Shown one piece after another: positions 49,615 through 63,543 of a stretch of 64,000 nt of DNA (its first letter is position 1; every line of letters starts with the position of its first letter). The notes beneath the pieces are model-generated. The model was not told the DNA's origin, made no database searches, and worked only from the letters and a program-made list of their open reading frames with translations. Made by a program: the position numbers and the translations under genes. Origin of the DNA: Botryllus schlosseri (taxonomy: Eukaryota); contig CM119373.1 in the NCBI GenBank assembly GCA_051294905.1, positions 4,962,001 through 5,026,000 on the forward strand, written 5' to 3'.

Positions 49615-52090
49615 TGCTGTTTTTGTTTTTGTTGTTGTTGTTTGTAGCATTCATGGTGTTTGCCGACTACTAAGGCCAATTCTATTCCGTAGATGCCGAC
49701 TTGTTACACGGCCCACTTCTAGGCTTTAATAAGGCACCGCTTACACCAGTGGTTCCCAGCCGGTGGGAAATTACCCACTGTTGGGGAATTCAATGGTTTC
49801 TGGTGGGGAATAGACGGATTTGTTGAACATTATATACACTATACAGGATAGTCTACATATTTACGGAGACACATGCGCATTTAGCGTTAGCAGTTAACTG
49901 CTCTGGAATGTATGTATCGAAAATTATATTGCATGTAGTAAACAGAAACATTGGATAACCAATTTTGACGTCACAAACGCATCTAGTACGACGTAAAATA
50001 ACACATTCGTTAAATTTGGAGAGTTGCGGTATCGGTTGACAATACGTTCTATGTTAGGGGATTGTCTCGCGCACTGGTGTGGTTGAGTGTGTTGTGTACT
50101 CAAACAAGCAAATAACTGCTCCGTACTGACAAAAGTTTAAAGGAAATACGACGATAGTTTTGGGTAGTGGGAAATGAGCACTCAGAATAAATCTGAAGTG
50201 GGGAATGAAGACAAAAAGGTTGGGAACCACTGGCTTACACGGATGAGATAGCGGGCAGGGCCTAGATAAACCTCCAATACTTGGGTAGGAATTCTGGAGC
50301 CGACCTCGGTCGGACTCGAACCCGTATCCTATTGGTGTTGCAGCTGTGGATTATACCAGTGGTTATCAACCTTTTTCACCTCGCGGACCGGTAAAATTTC
50401 GAAAAATACTTGACGGACCGGGGGACTTTCAAAAATTGAGATCAACCGAAAAGTTGAAGTATGCTGCCGATTTTTTGCAAGTATATGGTGCTAGAGAGTG
50501 ACATTTTGAGGGGTTTCTGCGCACAGAAAATCTAACTTGTGCACAAAAAATCCGAAGTGATGACCTTTTCTTAGTCGTTACGCACTGTTGTCCAAGGGTC
50601 TGCGCACTGAGTTGGTAAGTGTGTGCAGAATCTTCGGTAATTAGAGGGAACATTGCATCCATGTGATCTGTACGGTAGTGAGTTTGCTGAGTCGAAGTAG
50701 AATTGCTTTGCACAGATGCACGTGCTGCCGCCGAGAGTCTTTTACAGTCTTTCGAGCCGTAGGCCATGGATGTAACCGAGGACGCCAACTGGATTAATAT
50801 TTTTCTCTTCGACAATATCGAGAGAAGAAGTGTTTCGGAGTCGAACCAAGCACCTTGTCGTGCTACCTTGATCAATTCTCATTGCCCACAACACCAGACG
50901 TATGCAACTCTTGCTATACTACAGATACAATGTGTCGCACGAAAACACCTCACCACAGCTACACCTGGCCATCCACAAACCCGGGGCCACAAAACCACTT
51001 CGTCAGCCAACCCCCCAAAAACATTGGTCTTATTCTTCCTACACTTAGATGAATTTTTCACCAGTACTCGTGAACACATCCATTCTACTCCATGTATGCA
51101 GAGAGTTTATGCAGTCTAATGGCGCAAAGCGCGAAATTTTTTAATACTTCATGACCAAATCGGTCAATAATATTATTAATTGCGTATATTTATTGCTCTA
51201 ATTTTTTATCCTCTCAGAATTATCAGATTTTCCGGTAGAGCTGAGTAAGGTGTTGTCTTGGAAAATATTCGACACGTCATCAATATTAAACATATTAGGC
51301 GGGCTTGTTGGAATAATTACTTCGTTGTATGTCATTATTTTGTGAAGTACTGTCCGTTATATATAGTGAATGGATATTGATATCGCACAAGCGCACTAAA
51401 CTAGAATACGCACACGATTCCAAATTACTATTTCTTCACTGGAAAATACCTGTTATCTGTGGGATGGTTTTTGTCTTGTGGGGTACAGATTGTCATGACA
51501 GCGAAATTCTGCTCCAGCCATTTAGGTGCCTATGGAGAATGTGACACATATATATCGAAGTTTTCGGTCAACGAAGGCCGGTCCTTTTCAGCCAAGGTGT
51601 TCTCTCTGCCGAATCTTTGGCACACTTTGCGTAGTCCTATGTTCGCCTAAACTTCATCATGTGTTGGTGCGTCGCAGCGCGGCAATGGCTGACGCCGGAA
51701 TGCCTATTCCTATATAGCCTATCATGTGTATTTCTTGGGAGAAGGGCACCCAGCAATCAAGCCATTTAGTGACACTTAATCGGGAGAAGCGCGATTTTAT
51801 TTTCAAAGTTGGATTAAGTTTCAAAGAAATGCTCTATAATTTATGTTCATTCACGAAATCACTTTGGGCCTCCTTCAGTAGGGGGTCTGGATGCGGTAGT
51901 TACGGTTCTGCACGAAATGAATACATCGAAAACGAATGATCGTGCAAACTGCGCGGTTTGGCGAGTCAGCTCTTACTTGTAGCATCTTGAAACCAAGGTA
52001 TAAAATTGTAAAATACCTGGCGGACCGGCAAGAAGGTCGTCGCGGACCGGCGGTTGAGAACCAATGGATTATACCTCTACGCTATCTCGT
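49615..52090 (-). mobile_element. tRNA-derived SINE (same family as 9320-9596) split by two hAT insertions
   Basis: Collinear with the first SINE after removing 49747-50232 (TSD GCTTACAC) and 50357-52066 (TSD GATTATAC). Flanked by ATACTTACTCAAGTG repeats. Confidence 0.8.
50357..52066. mobile_element. Non-autonomous hAT-type element
   Basis: TIR CAGTGGTTATCAACC / GGTTGAGAACCAATG, perfect TSD GATTATAC, CGGACCGG subterminal motifs. Confidence 0.8.
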
Positions 52091-52664
52091 CAATATACTT
52101 ACTCAAGTGCTTTTTATTTTGGACTATTTCCACTCCTCCTTGAACAGTTTTACGCAAAATTACATAATTTTCACGCATAGGATTTTGAAAATGTAAAATT
52201 AATCTTACTATACGATTGTATCACTTTAATGCGTGGAATCTTCATAAAAAATCAAAATCGTAACTGCTGCAACTACTTTCCAAGATTATTCCCACTTGTG
52301 ACGTTACCAGTCATTTCGCGTTAGTCGGAAAGACGCATCTTGCAATTTAAAAAGTAGCCATCACCGATAAACTGCCAAATATTTGGGACCCCTCCACCGA
52401 AACTACTTTTCGTAACTGCTTGAGTACTTTTCAGACCTGTAATTTGCTACTTCAACTCCAAGTAGTTTTACACGACTTGGAAGCAGCTACTCCTACTTGT
52501 AATTGCGTATAACCTTTACCCATTACTTCTACTTCTTCTCGATTAGCAAGGTTGACTACTATCAGCACATCTGCGTACACTCAAGACTCGACTCGCAATA
52601 GTTGAGACGAAATTTGAGTAGAAATTAACAATACAAGTTGACCAGAGATGGGTGGATTTATAAT

Positions 52665-54060
52665 TTAATTAATCAAATTCTTCTCCAAATCCAGCATTAA
52701 TAACGTCTGGAGTCTTAATTCGAGTCCAACTCCGATAACGACTGTAATTTGTTTAAAAGCCGTATGGAAATTGAAAAGCAACAGGAATTCTTTACATAAA
52801 TAGTGGAATAAAAATATATCTGATACCTTTTCTAATTTACACTCAGACATCTTCAGCAAATCATCCTGTTTGGTGAACAGTTGTTTTTGTTCTTTGAATT
52901 CGATAAATTCTGCATCAAAAAGCATTCCAAGAAAAGCAACTGCCCCTACGGTATGAATCCGCTTGAAATACAGATTGGAATCCTGTGAAAATAGAATGTT
53001 GTCAATTACGTCCCAATCCCCCAACAACAAACTCTCAGAGGTAGACCAAGCATGAGAGATTTTTGTGACTACTTATGGCTAGTGCGTGCAAGATGATGGT
53101 TATGATGCTTGTCTTTTGAAAAATGCGATGTGAAAGAACCGCAATCCTTCTGTTTTGCAACGATGTAAACAAACTTTTATTGGACTTAAAAATCAAAGTA
53201 CAGTGCCGACAAACAAATCTATACATTTAGCAGGCGAAAAACTTTACTTATAAAATCAGCGCAAACTGTTAGCCTACTATTCTCAACAAAAGCATCTCGT
53301 CTTCCTGACGCTCATAATTACGTCATAAGCAACGAAATGGCTATGCTACACCACAAAGTCATCGCTTTACGGGCCTAGTGTTGTTTACATAGGCTTACCA
53401 TATTTTGAAAATGCAAAAAGAGGACACTTTTTCAGAAATTTGCAAGATACAAAACCGGAGTAGAATTCTCAAAAACCGGTGAATTTGTCCCACTTTGCGG
53501 TCGGTTGACTAAAAAAAAAAAAAAAAAAAAAAAAAGGTCTTCACTTCCGCTCAGATCTCAAAATAACGTTTTTTACTCTACATTGCCAGGTGGATGACTA
53601 AAAAAAAAAGGTCATTTTTTCGCTCAGAGCTAACTTCACCGTTTTTCACTCCGAAATATCCGCCGGACCGTCACTTCTGTGCTAATTTGCGGCATAACAG
53701 ACCTGAATTTTAAAAAAAGAGGACAAAATCTCAAAAAAGAGGACAAAAGGGCGTCCTCCGAGGACACTTTCAAAAAATTCAAAAAAGAGGACAAATCCTC
53801 TTAAAAGAGGACGTATGGTAAGCCTATGTTTACATCACCGTGCATAGTAAAGTCATGATAATGAGCTAAACAGCATTCAAATCATTAGTATGGACTCGTC
53901 ATCAAAGTTGAAACATCTTGATATACAACCTTGATGTTGAAGTGACCTTCAATCCAATCGCCACTTATCTTGATAACATCTTCTCCGTTCTTCAATACAA
54001 TATCCCCTATTCCATCATCCAGCATGACAACCTGAATATTTTCAGATGTGAAACTTGATA
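52665..54060 (-). pseudogene. Possible NACHT/NLR-type NTPase pseudogene remnant
   Basis: VVMLDDG (Walker-B-like) and LMTSP (sensor-1-like), then VGAVAFLGML..F..LLK..FLFHYLCKEFL, resembling the NLR winged-helix motif. Many stops; interrupted by a MITE. Confidence 0.4.
53390..53826. mobile_element. hAT-type MITE (TAGGCTTACCATA family)
   Basis: Perfect TIR TAGGCTTACCATA and TSD TGTTTACA. Confidence 0.85.
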
Positions 54061-56462
54061 TCATGCATTGTATAGATCATGAACCAAATATCGTGACGTC
54101 GTATCACAAATACCCTGATGACCGCAGCATCAGAGATCATCATGTGCTATACGTCATCGACACTGTTCACTGATTTTACTGAGGTCTTTGCCGGCGGTAG
54201 CATTTTTCGACATTTGCCTATGCAATGCATGCTTCGGTATTAAGTAGGAAGAGCAATTATTAAAACGTTAAATCAGTGGTTAAATACTGTACGTGTTGTG
54301 GATGGCATGTATACAAATGTGTTCTCGCGCGACTATAAGATTACGGTTCTGTCTCTGTGATTGTTATTGTAGGATTGTCACACGTCCGGAATTTCCCGGA
54401 CATGTCCGGAATTTCACTAGTTAAACTGCGCCCGGGAGGAAATGCTGAAATATGCCCGAATATCCGGAATTTTGAAGGCTTGAAGGGAGCTGCAAATCTT
54501 TTTCCTAAATCTACATAAGCAGTATCTAAATATGGATAGGATTTATGTTACTTGAAATTTTTCTTCGTGCTACGCACAATTTAGTGTCGTTTATGTGCAT
54601 TTCGGTATGTATACCCATGTCTTCGCAAAAACTACCATAAAAATAAATTGAAATAACTATCGTTTACTGTAATAAAACTAATTATAATCGCAATCGCAAT
54701 TTTCCTAGTGTCAGAAAAGCCTTTCGGATGCTTTTGTCAAAGTGGTGGTTCTCAAGTTTGGGATCGTTATTTCTTTTCTGGGGATCGCGAAGATGTTGAA
54801 CGTAATCGGCTTCTAACATAGGCCGTGAGTAAGTCTGATCAAAGGTGCTGAGCACTTTTTAGTAATCAGCTTACCGAATTCTGAGGTGTGACACGGCACA
54901 TGACCAATTGGAAATAGAGTCACGACCATAAAACTTTTGAAACCACCGGATGTGTAACCTGCTTGTGCGGACCAGCATTTCGGCTCATAAATAGTCTTAT
55001 CCGCGTGACATGAACGTGACTAAGCGATGTACTATTTCGTTTCCTGCATTTTCAAAGTCATCATCTCCACCAGCTCTACTGCCAGCTTTGATCACGTCTG
55101 TTAATAGAGTATTAACATTTTATAGTGATATATGGACCAACCAATATTATTGACAGTATTCATTCTAAAAATTTAACAACCAGATGCATATAGTAAACCC
55201 ACTACCTTGCATCGATCACCCTATGGTGGACTCCAGACCCATTTTTTTGGGAGGGGTGGAGTTGGTTTAACTGCTATTTTGGTCCCGGCTACAACGCACA
55301 GCCACATATATGCTCCGACCTAACAGTATAGCCGGGCTGTCAAACAGAGGACCAACGGGCCAGACAATTTCATCCGGCCCGTGAAGAAGTCTCTTGGAGA
55401 CGAAATGAGTATACCGACCCTAACAATCACCAGAGCTCAAATTCCAGATCGCCCAATAGTCAAGTCTAGTTAATTCAAATTACGTTAAGTCACGTTAACT
55501 CTCCAATGGCAGAAAAAATCCACTCCTGTATACAATCGGTAGGCAAAGCATTGCCAGAATGCCAGTGTGACGTCATATGTGTTCAGACCACATTTTCAAA
55601 CCCGCTATGAGGAGCTAAGGAATGATCAGAATAGGGCCACGAAAATATTGTAACCCTATGTTAGTGCAAATCATAGAATCGAACACACTTGCCAATACAT
55701 ATTTCCAGACACAGATTCAATCAGACGATGTCCAAGCAGTGAACGTAGTGCTGTCGCTGAGAACTTGTTGCGACGCAAATCCACTTCCTTCACCTGGAAC
55801 GAAGGAAATATTTATTGCAACGTTGAACAGAACTAAGTCTGAAAGGCAGTATGAAATAAAATGATGGGCGCCACGATACAAAGTTCCTGAGCAGTAATCT
55901 ATTTAGGTTACTGTCGAAGAATCTTAGATAAAGCCTATTACACAGCGACACTCTAAGCTCCACAGTCCAAATTATAAAAACTTATAAAATATGAAAAAAT
56001 GAAGGATACTTAGAAATGTATTCTTTCATGCTAATTGCATAGTGAATAATTCGACACACAATGAAACAACTTTGTATGTTATTGGTAATGATATGTTTGC
56101 ATATGTTTAATGATTATATGATAGTTATTTAAACGTCACTGTTGCATATAATTTTCGAAGTAAATTGGTATTACTGTAGAAGTAGAAGTTCGACTCGGAG
56201 TCGGAGTGGGAGTCGGAGTTGTCTTGAGAAATAAGTCGGAGTCGAAGTCGGTACGTTCAAAGACTCACGAGTCGGAGTCGGTATATTGATAATGTCTGGT
56301 GTCGGAGTCGGAGGTAAAATTTACCGACTCCACAGCCCTGTACCTTGCAACGGACGAACGAAAAACTTGTACATGCGGCTTATCGTGACGCTGGCAAGAA
56401 TGCTATCAAATAGCAATAATTGTTTCCCAAGAGGCATCGAAGTTACGCAAGTATGGCGTAGC

Positions 56463-59400
56463 TGTTATGTGCGTGCATTTACGTTCGGTGTCGTACAGCT
56501 CTTTCTTTCTATAGGATTAGTAATTACAGCCAATCATTATTTCCTCGTGTGTCATGCTTGTATTCATACCCTGTGTTCTGTTGTCTCGTGGTCTTTCATT
56601 CAACTGAACTCTGGATCGTGTCGCCTGTCTTAAAGTTATTCTGCTGTTAATATATACTGTTTTCATATTACAACCTCGTCGTATTGAGTTATTGTTCGAA
56701 CAAGATCAAGAACATAACAATTGGTGTCAGAAGTGGGATTCGAACCCACGCCTCCATTCGTGCAGGTGGGTTCTGAAGTTCGAGTTGGCTTGAAATTGGT
56801 GGTTCTCGACGAACACCGTGGGCAAAACATTTTTGGTCTCGATTGGAGCGATTCCTTCTCCATGACCGCTAAGGGAACGTCTGCTTTGGATGAAATTTCC
56901 TCGCAGATGGTCAAATCGCAATCATGTAATACTGTTGACATTTGTGATTCGAACGACAAATTGGTATCTTTTCAGTCCAAATTTCCCGCCGTTTTCTCTA
57001 ATGTATTAGGACGATGCACCAAGACGAAGGTGACAATTCACTTGAAACCTAATGCCAAGCCCGTATTTAACAAGCCACGCCCTTTGCCTTTCGCAAGACA
57101 AGTCGCTGTTCAAACCGAATTTAATAGATTAGTTGATCAAGGTATCCTCGAACCAATCAATTACAGTGATTGGGCAGCACCAATTGTTGCCGTCACTAAA
57201 TCAAATGGATCAGTACGCATTTGTGGTGACTTCAAAGCATTGAATCAACAAATTCAGATAAATCAACATCTCCTGCCCTCCTTGGATGATATTCTTCACA
57301 AGTTACAGGGTGGTTGTATTTTCACGAAAATTGATCTTGCCGATGCTTATTTTCAGCTAGAATTAGATTATGATGCGAAGAATTTGTGTGTCATCAACAC
57401 GCAATTCGGTCTATTCCGTTATCGACGCATGTGTTTCGGAGTCGCATCTAGTCCCGCAAATTTTCAACGTTGTATTGATGCCATGATCGCCGGCTTACCC
57501 GGTGTTGCTAGTTTTATCGATGACATAATCGTTACTGGCATTGATGAACGCGATCATTTTCGCAACTTATCGCTACTCTTTGAGCGCCTCACCGAATACG
57601 GTTTCACCGTCAACATCGCTAAATGTGAATTTTTCAAAAGTAGTATCGAGTACCTTGGTCATATAATCGACAAGGACGGCAAACGCCCGTCTCACAAATC
57701 CGTTGAAGCAATCAAACAGTTGCCTAAACCTCAGGATGTTCGCCAGCTACAGGCATTCCTGGGCAGAGTCAATTATTATCGCGCGTTTATTCCTAATTTC
57801 ACGAATAAAGCCGCTGCCTTGTACCGTCTTCTTCAAAAAGACGCGGAATTCATTTGGAATGCGGACTGTGACGCAGCTTTCCGCATTCTCAAAAACGCCG
57901 TAATCGACGCTACGCAGTTAGCTCATTATGATGTAAACAAGCAGCTCATTTTGTCAACTGATGCTTCTCAATTCGGAATCGGCGCTGTCCTCTCAATCGA
58001 GCATAATGGCGAAGAGAGACCGATCGCGCACGCATCGAAAATGCTTTCCGATTCGCAAAAATCCTACTCTCAAATAGAGAAGGAAGCTCTGTCAATCATT
58101 TACGGAGTCACTAAATTTCGTCAATTCTTGTATGGTAGAAAATTTACGCTCGTAACGGACCACAAACCGCTTTTAGCTATTTTCTCGCCAGACAAGAAAA
58201 TTCCCGTGATTACAGCGCAACGCTTACAGCGATGGGCACTAACGCTCATGGCTTATCAATATGACATTCGCTATAAACCGACTAATCAGCACGGAAACGC
58301 CGACGGTTTATCTCGCCTACCAAAGGGTCCAGACCCTGAGTTTGACAGACTGGAAATTCGTGAAAACGCGGAGATCGTTCACGCTATTAATATGGCATTC
58401 GATAGCTTGCCGTTAACTCGCAATGAGATTCGCGACGCGACGCTGAAGGACAAAACCATGGAACTAGTGAAATTATCTGTCACTCATGGTAATTGGAATC
58501 CAAAGACGCGCATTGATGATTTTTCTTGGTTTTCGACTCGCAAACATTCGCTTTCTCTGCACGAAGACATAGTCATGCTCAATATTGATGGTTTTCAGCG
58601 CGTAGTAATTCCGCAGTCACTTCGCTCGCGAGTCATATCATTGTTGCACGAAGGACATTGGGGTATCGCGAAAATGAAGCAGATGGCTCGACGTTATATC
58701 GCATGGCCTTCCATTAATCGCGACATTGAAAATCTCGTTAAGAGTTGCGACGCTTGCCATAAGGTAATGAAAGCGCCTGATCGTCAGTATCGCGAATGGC
58801 CTAAAACTTCTGAAAGCTTTGAACGAATTCACTTGGATTTCGCAGGTCCAATAAACAATAAAATGTTTCTTGTCATCGTCGATGCGCATTCGAAATATCC
58901 TTTCGTTGAAGTAATTAAGGTCGGTTCTACCACAACCTTGTGTGTGGTCAACGCTTTGAGGGAAGTCTTTTCTATCGAAGGCTTGCCCGTAACAACTGTC
59001 ACGGATGGCGGGCCGCAATTCACATCGAATGAATTCGATACGTTTTGCTCTAATTTGGCAATCAGACATATCGTATCACCGTCTTTTCACCCTGCCTCGA
59101 ACGGGGAAGCGGAGCGTTTCGTCCAGACTTTAAAAGCTGGATTAATAAAAAATTGCGACGGGGGAAAAGATCTCAACTTCGCGCTCCAAATACTTCTCGC
59201 TACGTACCGATGTGCACCGCACCCGGGCATAGACTGGAAAACGCCTGCCGAGATTTTACATGGTCCACAGCCGCTCAATTTGTTAAGTTTGGGCTCGCCC
59301 TTCGATAAATCGAAACCCGTTACGCCAAGACAATCAGTCACTCATTTCGAGATTGGTTCCTCGGTTTACGCTCGCAGTTACCGTAGCGGACCAAAGTGGG

Positions 59401-59971
59401 TTGCTGGCGTGGTGACGGAAATACTGGGGCGTGTTGTGTACATTATAAAAACGGATCATGGGTATTGGAGGAGGCACAAAAACCAACTCCAACCACGCTT
59501 GATTTCAGCTGGCCATAATAATACAGCCGCACAGGAAGTTGCTCAGCCTCCGCGGTCGCAAGCTGAGCAACCATTGGTTAGGAGCAGGGCATAAGGTCAT
59601 GCAGCTAGTCCTGCCCGTACGTCGGGTAGACGTTATCCCCTTAGAAATAGGAAACCCACCGATTTCTATAGACCTACGTGAATGTGGGCAACCCTCCAAC
59701 TTACAGGGGAGGACTGTTATGTTCGTGCATTTACGTTCGGTGTCGTACAGCTTTTTCTTTCTATAGGATTAGTAATTACAGCCAATCATTATTTCCTCGT
59801 GTGTGATGCTTGTATTTATACCCTGTGTTCTGTTGTCTCGTGGTCTTTCATTTAACTGAACTCTGGATCGTGTCGCCTGTCTTAAAGTTATTCTGCTGTT
59901 AATATATACTGATTTCATATTGCAACCTCGTCGTATTGAGTTATTGTTCGAACAAGATCAAGAACATAACA
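56463..59971 (+). mobile_element. Ty3/Gypsy (Mag-like) LTR retrotransposon lacking gag and most of the protease
   Basis: 257-bp LTRs at 56463-56719 and 59715-59971 (about 7 mismatches), 5-bp TSD GTAGC, tRNA-Leu PBS at 56722, PPT AGGGGAGGA at 59705. Confidence 0.95.
56761..59594 (+). CDS. pol: Pol (protease C-terminal end, RT, RNase H, integrase), open frame without its natural start
   Basis: WAAPIV, RICGDFK, IDLADAYFQ, FIDD; RNase H TDAS..EKEAL..TDH; integrase H-H-C-C, DFAGP, TDGGPQF, SNGEAER. Confidence 0.9.
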
Positions 59972-61339
59972 GTAGCGGCATACGTTTTTGATGCGGTACT
60001 TATTATATTGAAGGATTTTGCGCAGTACCGGTGGCACATGCCGAGTCCCGCCGAGAATCATGATTATATATTTACACATATAGTGATCAGAGGTGGTGAA
60101 AGTAGTCGAAAAGGCTACTTAAGTACAAGTAGAATTTGCTGTCTCTGAGAACTACTCTAGCTAGTGAGTAGGCCTACTTTTTTAAAAAACATTCATAAAT
60201 ACGCTACTGATAAATATGCGGACGGTGCATAGAGCTGGGTCTGTGTTGCTACACTCTAAATTGAAGTCGTCGATTGAGACACCACATTGCGGATTGAGAT
60301 ACACAATACAGGTGAAACACATATTATCGGCCGAAATAATTCTTCTCCCTGGTTCCAGAATGTGTTCATGTGCAGTGTGCGGACATCATGAGAAAATCGT
60401 CCAATGTGTATGTCCGCGCATATGATATCATCTTCCGCTGGTTGTAGTCAATATTGAAATGTCTACGGTTTCACTTCATTAGCCACGATTCATGCATTCA
60501 GTCGGCTGAGCGCGAGAGATCGGAAGTTCAAGTGGGTTTTTAGGGGGACTCTGGCCACGCTGGGTATGTAAACTATTAACGACCTTACTAGTGACGTCAG
60601 AGGTCATCCAAAGACAGGTTAAGTAAGCGCCAATGTCGATAGCCAGGAAATATAGCTCGCAGAGCGAGATGGCATCCGCATGAGAACACCATGTTTTCGG
60701 TTTGTCCTTCTCTGTAAAAGGTAGAGAGGATGGGGATAGAAAATTGCAATGTACCTGTCCGAATTATACACTATTTCTCGTAAGCTAAGATATTCATTAT
60801 TCATATTTCATAAGATATTTTAGACCAATTCTGTACACTTCCGCATTGTCGAAGTAATTAACCACGGATGCCAAACGCATTTCCACGTAGATCGTGCAGC
60901 ACGCGTTAGGATAGTTCTACTGGCAGCCACTCGCAGTTCAATCATATAATTTAAAGCTTCCAACAAGCCTGGATAATATCCTCTGCGGCCGAAAAATCTG
61001 TTAACTGATATAATTTGATCAACTTTACTACTCAATTTTCAAATTCGTCGCCTGTAACAATATTACCAACTCGCATTCAAGTAATTAATTAGTGATGATG
61101 CATTCATCCATTCCCTACAACAGTCTTCGCGAACATACATAGTTTGAAATACACAAAAAATAATACGTAGTTGATCGCATGAAATTTACGCAGAATTTGA
61201 ATATTTTGAATTGATATTTCTCGAAAGTGTACGCATTAATATTTTCAAGTCGCATCAGTCCCAAATACGCATAATAGAATATCTGAGGAAAGTATCAGCT
61301 AACGTCGGAAGCAAGTTATTATCAACTCGCGGTATTTAA

Positions 61340-62778
61340 CCCTTTCCCCGCGGGTGGATCCTATAGGATCCATGCACAGTTTTTCACAAACACGCTTCAA
61401 TCAATTAACGACATCTTGCGTTGTAGGGGTCGTAAACGGTTACAATGATCGTCTAGAAATAGCGATTGTCGATACGCATACGACCAGCTATATATAAACC
61501 ATTGCCTTATGGCATAACCTGTTCAAAATGCAGATTGAATACAGAAAAACGTTTCCCGCAAAATACAATGTGTAGCTCAGTTCGCCTGAATGAACGCTAA
61601 TCTTATAATTCCTTACATCTTCCGTTCTACACGTCGTAAGCAGACACAGTTGTCGTTTTAGAGTAGTTGTTGATCGCAAGAGTTCATTTCAACCATAATA
61701 TCGGCAATTAGTTGGATAGAACACTCTTCAAATTGATGAGAAATATAGCAATGTTCTGTTACGTGAAAAATGCCGCGCACGTATGAGCATTGGCACATAA
61801 GGCCATATACATTCACTTACGATTGTCTTACACAGTTGAATGTCACACACATAGTTAGATGCAGTCCATAACACTTCAACAAGATCAGTATCACGAAGGT
61901 TGATCGTATATAAGTTACGCGAAGCCAGTGCTAACCACTGCAGACATGGGTGTGGAAGTTGGCGCGAGTGTACGGTATTCGCGCCTGTAATACCAACATC
62001 ATACAGACAGTTGAATCATCCGTTTTATATATGTTATCCTTGAGCAGTGTAGTTTGTCAGTATTCCACTTATGATTGAAATATATTGTATTGTGCCAAAC
62101 GTAAATATATCGTTTTACTTGAATATATATGCCGCGATGCGCATGCGATACACAATAAACCATATTGACGGCATATCTGTGCCTGAGGAAGCATGGAGGA
62201 GTTGCAGGTTATCACTACCGGTCAATTCAACCACCATGGATTCATCTGTTGTTGTTCAAAGAGCAAGGTTTATTTCAACGCATAGCAATAAATCGTACAA
62301 CTGATTGATAGGCAATTACCGATTATATACAATGATATTGTGACGGCCAGACTATCAAAACAACGCGCGCCGCGTGTGTGAGCCTCGTTTGCAAGATGCG
62401 CGACGTTGAGCACGTGTTACATAAACGGCCTTCACACTCGACTGTGTTACGGTATGAAGCTCACTCAGGACATTTTAGAAAGGTGATATTGCTGTGAAAT
62501 CAGTCAGGCGATGATTTCACCCCGAGAGCGTCTATGTATGACGTAAAGGCAAATTCAGTAACAAAATTCTCTTCTAATTTTTCAAAACCTGAAACACTTC
62601 TTCTCATAGCGCTTTCAGCTCTCCCAGCTGATCAATCCGAGTAGCTCAGTTGGTTAGGCAGCTGTTTCCTGCTTACAACGATATATTGGGTGTTGGTTCA
62701 AGTCCCACTGTTCGGATTTTATGATCTTTTTCGTGAGAGCGGTAAAATTTGGACTCGAGGCCGACCGCGGAGATAGGG
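61340..62778 (-). mobile_element. Non-autonomous, decayed piggyBac element (second family)
   Basis: TTAA TSDs, TIR CCCTTTCCCCGCGG / CCCTATCTCCGCGG. Minus-strand remnant TDESMV resembles the first catalytic motif, and there is a Cys-rich remnant near 61800. Confidence 0.8.
62635..62717 (+). ncRNA. tRNA-like sequence (SINE head or tRNA pseudogene)
   Basis: ATCCGAG/TTCGGAT terminal stem, box A TAGCTCAGTTGG, box B GGTTCAAGTCC, TTTT at the end. No clean anticodon arm. Confidence 0.5.
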
Positions 62779-63234
62779 TTAAGAGAGAATCGGTGTTCAC
62801 TGTTCATATCCTCAAAACAGCTATACAGTATACACCACAAGTCTTCGAGGTAGTCTAGTGGTGATGGCCGTGAAATTATACCCAACCACGGTTTATTAGA
62901 ATCTAGCATACGTCACTTTAAAACATGTGGCCTTAGGGCAGGGGTGGGCAATTATATTCCTCCGCGGGTCAAATGAGAAGTAAGAAATATGTTGGCGGGC
63001 CAAGTGAAAAAACTTAGCTATACTCTTCAGCGTATTTTAATTTTATTTCTAAATTATATTAGTAATAAATGCTGCTCAGTGAATGTGTTGGTATTACGTA
63101 ATGAGAAAGTGACTGTTAAATAAAAAATATCTATTTGCCGTCATGATTCGATATCATGCTAATATCATGTTAGCCATGATACATTTTAACTCTCTTTAAA
63201 CCCCTATCCGCGTTCCTCTATTAAGACTCTAAAA

Positions 63235-63543
63235 CAGTGGTTCTCAGACTTTTTAGGTACGCCTCACTTTGGGATAGTGAAAAATTTCGCACCCGCCTTA
63301 TCATGATATCAGAAAATATTAAAAAGTGCAACCAGAATGCTAGCAATCCCAACGGATAGTTTGATGACATGGAAGGTTATGGTTGTTGAAGAGAGAGTCA
63401 TGAAATATAAAAGTCGGAGAATACACAGAGCAATAACCATAAGCAGGGGGTATATCGCGCGAAGCGCGAAATTTATTTTCAATAAACTTGGGCTGCGCGC
63501 CACCCTTCCTATGCTTTCACGTCCCCCCGTTCGAGAACCACTG
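63235..63543. mobile_element. hAT-type MITE
   Basis: TIR CAGTGGTTCTC, imperfect 8-bp TSD, similar to 34403-34700. Confidence 0.7.

Noticed and set aside
56722..56760. tRNA-Leu gene on the minus strand
   Set aside because: Only the 3' half is present, it includes the post-transcriptional CCA, and it sits at the PBS position.
18567..59971. The gag+env element (18567-24378) and the pol-only element (56463-59971) as two halves of one bipartite system
   Set aside because: LTR sequences, PBS and TSD length (4 vs 5 bp) all differ, and the Gag motif and pol type point to different Gypsy lineages. Nothing in the sequence links them.
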